The translations under genes and the position numbers were made by a program. The notes beneath the pieces were generated by a model. The model saw only the letters and a program-made list of their open reading frames with translations. It was not told the origin of the DNA and made no database searches. From an uncultured Alcanivorax sp. (GTDB lineage Bacteria > Pseudomonadota > Gammaproteobacteria > Pseudomonadales > Alcanivoracaceae), in contig CAYMKZ010000002.1 of assembly GCA_964391345.1 (NCBI GenBank), positions 69 to 64,068 of the forward strand: a stretch of 64,000 bases of DNA. Reading direction: 5' to 3'. This document shows, piece after piece, positions 61,139 to 64,000 of the stretch. Every line of letters begins with the position of its first letter. The first letter of the stretch is position 1.

Positions 61139-61495
61139 ATGCAAGCTCAACACAGCAGCTACTGGCACCCGGTGTGCCGCCTTGAGGACATCACCCCGGA
61201 AACCGGCGTCGGCGTCCGTCTCGATGGTCGTCAGATAGCGTTGTTCCGGACCCGCGACGACGGTCTGTTTGCCCTCGATAACCACGACCCGTTCAGCCGC
61301 GCCAATGTGCTGGCGCGGGGCCTGCTCGGCTCGCTGCAAGGGCGCCGGGTGGTGGCTTCGCCGATCTACAAGCAGCACTTCTGTCTGGATACCGGCGAAT
61401 GTCTGGAGGACGGCGAGGTCCGCCTGGCGGTGTATCCGGTGCGCCTGAGCCGAGGCCAGGTGGAGCTGGCCGGGCCGGCGCTGGCGGGAGGCTGA
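61139..61495 (+). CDS. nirD: Nitrite reductase small (Rieske-type) subunit
   Basis: QIALFR, DNHDPFSRANVLARG, VASPIYKQHF. Confidence 0.94.
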   Translation: MQAQHSSYWHPVCRLEDITPETGVGVRLDGRQIALFRTRDDGLFALDNHDPFSRANVLARGLLGSLQGRRVVASPIYKQHFCLDTGECLEDGEVRLAVYPVRLSRGQVELAGPALAGG

Positions 61496-61499
61496 CGCC

Positions 61500-62735
61500 A
61501 TGCTCAACGACGAAGGGGGTGTCCGGCGGCTGGTCGTGGTCGGCAACGGCATGGCCACAGCGCGTCTGCTCGAAGAACTGTTGCGCCTGGCGCCGGAGCG
61601 TTACCGGATCACCGTGGTCGGCGAGGAACCGGGTGGCAGCTACAACCGGGTGATGCTGTCGCCGCTGCTGGCCGGCGATACCGACGAGCACACCGTCATC
61701 ACCCACCCGCCAAGCTGGTACCGGGAGCGTGGCATCCGCCTGATCAGCGGTACTCCGGCGGTGGCGGTGCACCGACACGCCCGGCGGGTGCTCACCGCCG
61801 CCGGCCATCATCTGGACTACGATCGTCTGGTGCTGGCCACCGGCGCCGAGCCCCGGGCTCTGCCGGTCCCCGGCAGTCGCCTGGCCGGCGTGATGAGCTT
61901 CCGTGATCTGCGCGATACCCGCCTGCTGCTGGCCCTGGAGCCGGCGCGGGTGGTGGTGGTCGGCGGCGGCTTTCTCGGTCTGGAAGCGGCGGAGGCGCTG
62001 CTGCGCCGTGGCCATCGGGTGACGCTGGTACATGGCCATCATTACCCGCTCAATCAGCAACTGGACAGCGCCGCCGGCCAGCGGCTGCGGGCGGATCTGG
62101 AGCAGCGCGGCCTGCATTTCGTGCTGGGCCAGCGGCCGGCGGCCATCGAAGAGAAGAATGGAAATGGCCGGGTGGCCGCCGTGCGGCTGGAAAACGGTCA
62201 GCGGCTGCGCTGTGATCTGCTGGTGCAGGCCATCGGCATTCGTCCACGCACCTCGCTGGCGCGTGATTGCGGTCTGGCGCTGGGCGGCAGCGGCATTCGT
62301 GTGGACGATACCCTGCAAACCTTCGATCCGCGTATCTATGCCATCGGCGAATGTGTGGAGCATCGCGGACGCACCTTCGGCCTGATCGCACCGCTGCACG
62401 AGCAGGCCAGAGTGTGCGCCTCCCATCTGGCGGAGCAGGGTATCCGCCGCTACCGCTTCAGCCAGTCCGTGACGCGCCTGAAAATCGCCGGCATCGACCT
62501 GCTTTCCGCCGGTGATTTCGTCGGCGAGGGCGAGGTCATCACCGCCCAGGATCCCCAAGGCGGCTATCGGCGTCTGGTACTGCGCGACCAGCGTCTCGTC
62601 GGCCTGGTGCTGTATGGCGATATCAGTGATGGTCCCTTCTATGAGCGGCTCTGGCGCGAAGGCATCGATCTCGCCCAATGGCGCATGCAACTGCCGTTTG
62701 GCGAGGCCGCCTGTACGGCGGCGAAGGCGGCATGA
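61500..62735 (+). CDS. NAD(P)/FAD oxidoreductase, assimilatory nitrate reductase electron-transfer subunit (NasC/NasB-like)
   Basis: VVGNGMA, YNRVMLS, GGGFLGLEAA, AIGECVEH, TRLKIAG; lies between nirD and nasA. Confidence 0.85.
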   Translation: MLNDEGGVRRLVVVGNGMATARLLEELLRLAPERYRITVVGEEPGGSYNRVMLSPLLAGDTDEHTVITHPPSWYRERGIRLISGTPAVAVHRHARRVLTAAGHHLDYDRLVLATGAEPRALPVPGSRLAGVMSFRDLRDTRLLLALEPARVVVVGGGFLGLEAAEALLRRGHRVTLVHGHHYPLNQQLDSAAGQRLRADLEQRGLHFVLGQRPAAIEEKNGNGRVAAVRLENGQRLRCDLLVQAIGIRPRTSLARDCGLALGGSGIRVDDTLQTFDPRIYAIGECVEHRGRTFGLIAPLHEQARVCASHLAEQGIRRYRFSQSVTRLKIAGIDLLSAGDFVGEGEVITAQDPQGGYRRLVLRDQRLVGLVLYGDISDGPFYERLWREGIDLAQWRMQLPFGEAACTAAKAA

Positions 62736-64000
62736 CCGCGACCCGCACCACCTGTCCCTATTGTGGCGTGGGCTGCGGGCTGCTGGTCGGCGATGCCGGT
62801 TTGCGCGGCGATCCGCACCACCCGGCCAACCAGGGGCGGGTCTGCGTGAAAGGCGCCAGCGTGCTGGAAACGCTGGGCGATCACGGCCGTCTGACCCACC
62901 CGCGGGTCGGTGCTGTGACGGTCAGTTGGGAACAGGCGCTGGATGAAGTGGCGGCGCGCTTCCGGCGAGTACTCGACGAACACGGCCCGGAAGCGCTGGC
63001 GTTTTACGTCTCCGGCCAGTTGCTCACCGAAGATTATTATGTCGCGAACAAGCTGATCAAAGGCTTCATCGGCAGCGCCAATATCGACACCAATTCGCGG
63101 CTGTGCATGAGCAGTGCGGTAATGGCCCACAAACGGGCCTTCGGCGAGGATGTGGTGCCCGGCTGTTACGAGGATCTGGAACTGGCGGATTTGCTGGTAT
63201 TGACCGGCTCCAATACCGCCTGGGCCCACCCGGTGCTGTACCAGCGCATCGCAGCGGCGAAGAGTCGCAGGCCGGCCATGAAAGTGGTGGTGATCGACCC
63301 TCGTCACACCGCTACCTGTGACCTTGCCGATCTGCATCTGCCGATCCGTCCCGGTCAGGACGTGGCGCTGTTCAACGGCCTGCTGCGCTGGCTGCATGAA
63401 AAGCGGGCGCTGGACCGGGCCTACATCGCGGCCCATACCCTGGGCTTCGAACAGGCCGTGCAGGCTGCCTGCCGGCCGGCCCAGTCGTGGCCGGAACTGG
63501 CCGGCCAGTTGGGGCTGGCGCCCGAGGATCTGCTGCTTTTCTACCGCTGGTTTGCCGATACGCCACGTACCGTCACGGTTTTCTCCCAGGGCATCAACCA
63601 GGCGCGCAACGGCACCGACCAGGGCAACGCCATCATCAATGCCCACCTGGCCACCGGCCGGGTCGGGCGGCCCGGCGCCAGTCCGTTTTCCGTCACCGGG
63701 CAGCCCAATGCCATGGGCGGCCGGGAGGTGGGCGGGCTGTGCAATCAACTGGCGGTGCATCTGGATCTGGATAATCCGCACCACCATCAGGCGGTGGCAG
63801 AATTCTGGCGCGCCCCGGCGCTGACCAGGCGCGCCGGACTGCCGGCGGTGGAGCTGTTCCGTGCCCTGCGGGCGGGGCGCATCAAGGCGATCTGGATACT
63901 GGGCACCAATCCGGTGGATTCATTGCCCGAGGCTGATCAGGTGTGCGCCGCGCTACAGGCCTGCGACACGGTGGTGGTATCCGATTGCGTGGCCCACAAC
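62732..64000 (+). CDS. nasA: Assimilatory nitrate reductase catalytic (molybdopterin) subunit, 3' truncated by window edge
   Basis: Manual translation MTATRTTCPYCGVGCG...HPANQGRVCVKG; SGQLLTEDYYVANKLIKG; NIDTNSRLCMSSA; TGQPNAMGGREVGG; start overlaps the upstream stop (ATGA). Confidence 0.93.
   Translation, partial: MTATRTTCPYCGVGCGLLVGDAGLRGDPHHPANQGRVCVKGASVLETLGDHGRLTHPRVGAVTVSWEQALDEVAARFRRVLDEHGPEALAFYVSGQLLTEDYYVANKLIKGFIGSANIDTNSRLCMSSAVMAHKRAFGEDVVPGCYEDLELADLLVLTGSNTAWAHPVLYQRIAAAKSRRPAMKVVVIDPRHTATCDLADLHLPIRPGQDVALFNGLLRWLHEKRALDRAYIAAHTLGFEQAVQAACRPAQSWPELAGQLGLAPEDLLLFYRWFADTPRTVTVFSQGINQARNGTDQGNAIINAHLATGRVGRPGASPFSVTGQPNAMGGREVGGLCNQLAVHLDLDNPHHHQAVAEFWRAPALTRRAGLPAVELFRALRAGRIKAIWILGTNPVDSLPEADQVCAALQACDTVVVSDCVAHN

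Overview
GC-rich gammaproteobacterial chromosome segment; gene order and protein styles suggest Oceanospirillales, possibly Alcanivoracaceae (inference, no search run). Most of the window is conserved core: mrp-dcd, purMN, hda, sthA, purU-rlmM-tusA, aguAB-like, lolCD, comEC-msbA-lpxK-kdsB-LMWPTP-murB, rne, rluC-sppA-maf-yceD-rpmF-plsX-fabDG-acpP-fabF-pabC-mltG-tmk-holB, tatD. It ends in a sigma54-driven assimilatory nitrite/nitrate reductase operon (nirB-nirD-nasC-like-nasA, truncated). No tRNA, rRNA, CRISPR array, transposase or integrase was recognised. The most unusual items are: (1) a secreted protein of three exact 168-aa copies of a domain I do not recognise, ending in a GlyGly-CTERM anchor (8900-10912); (2) a composite inverted repeat upstream of nirB made of two 112-bp hairpin units with 7 compensated stem changes and a more conserved loop (58032-58424); (3) a permuted NlpC/P60 (YiiX/YaeF-like) protein that appears to lack both catalytic residues; (4) a 58-aa charged ORF missing from the ORF track; (5) a 15-bp duplication creating an 8-codon relay ORF between tmk and holB; (6) a 24-nt tandem repeat in the RNase E C-terminal region; (7) a substitution cluster in fabF that looks like a sequencing artefact. 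All family assignments come from motif recognition by eye.
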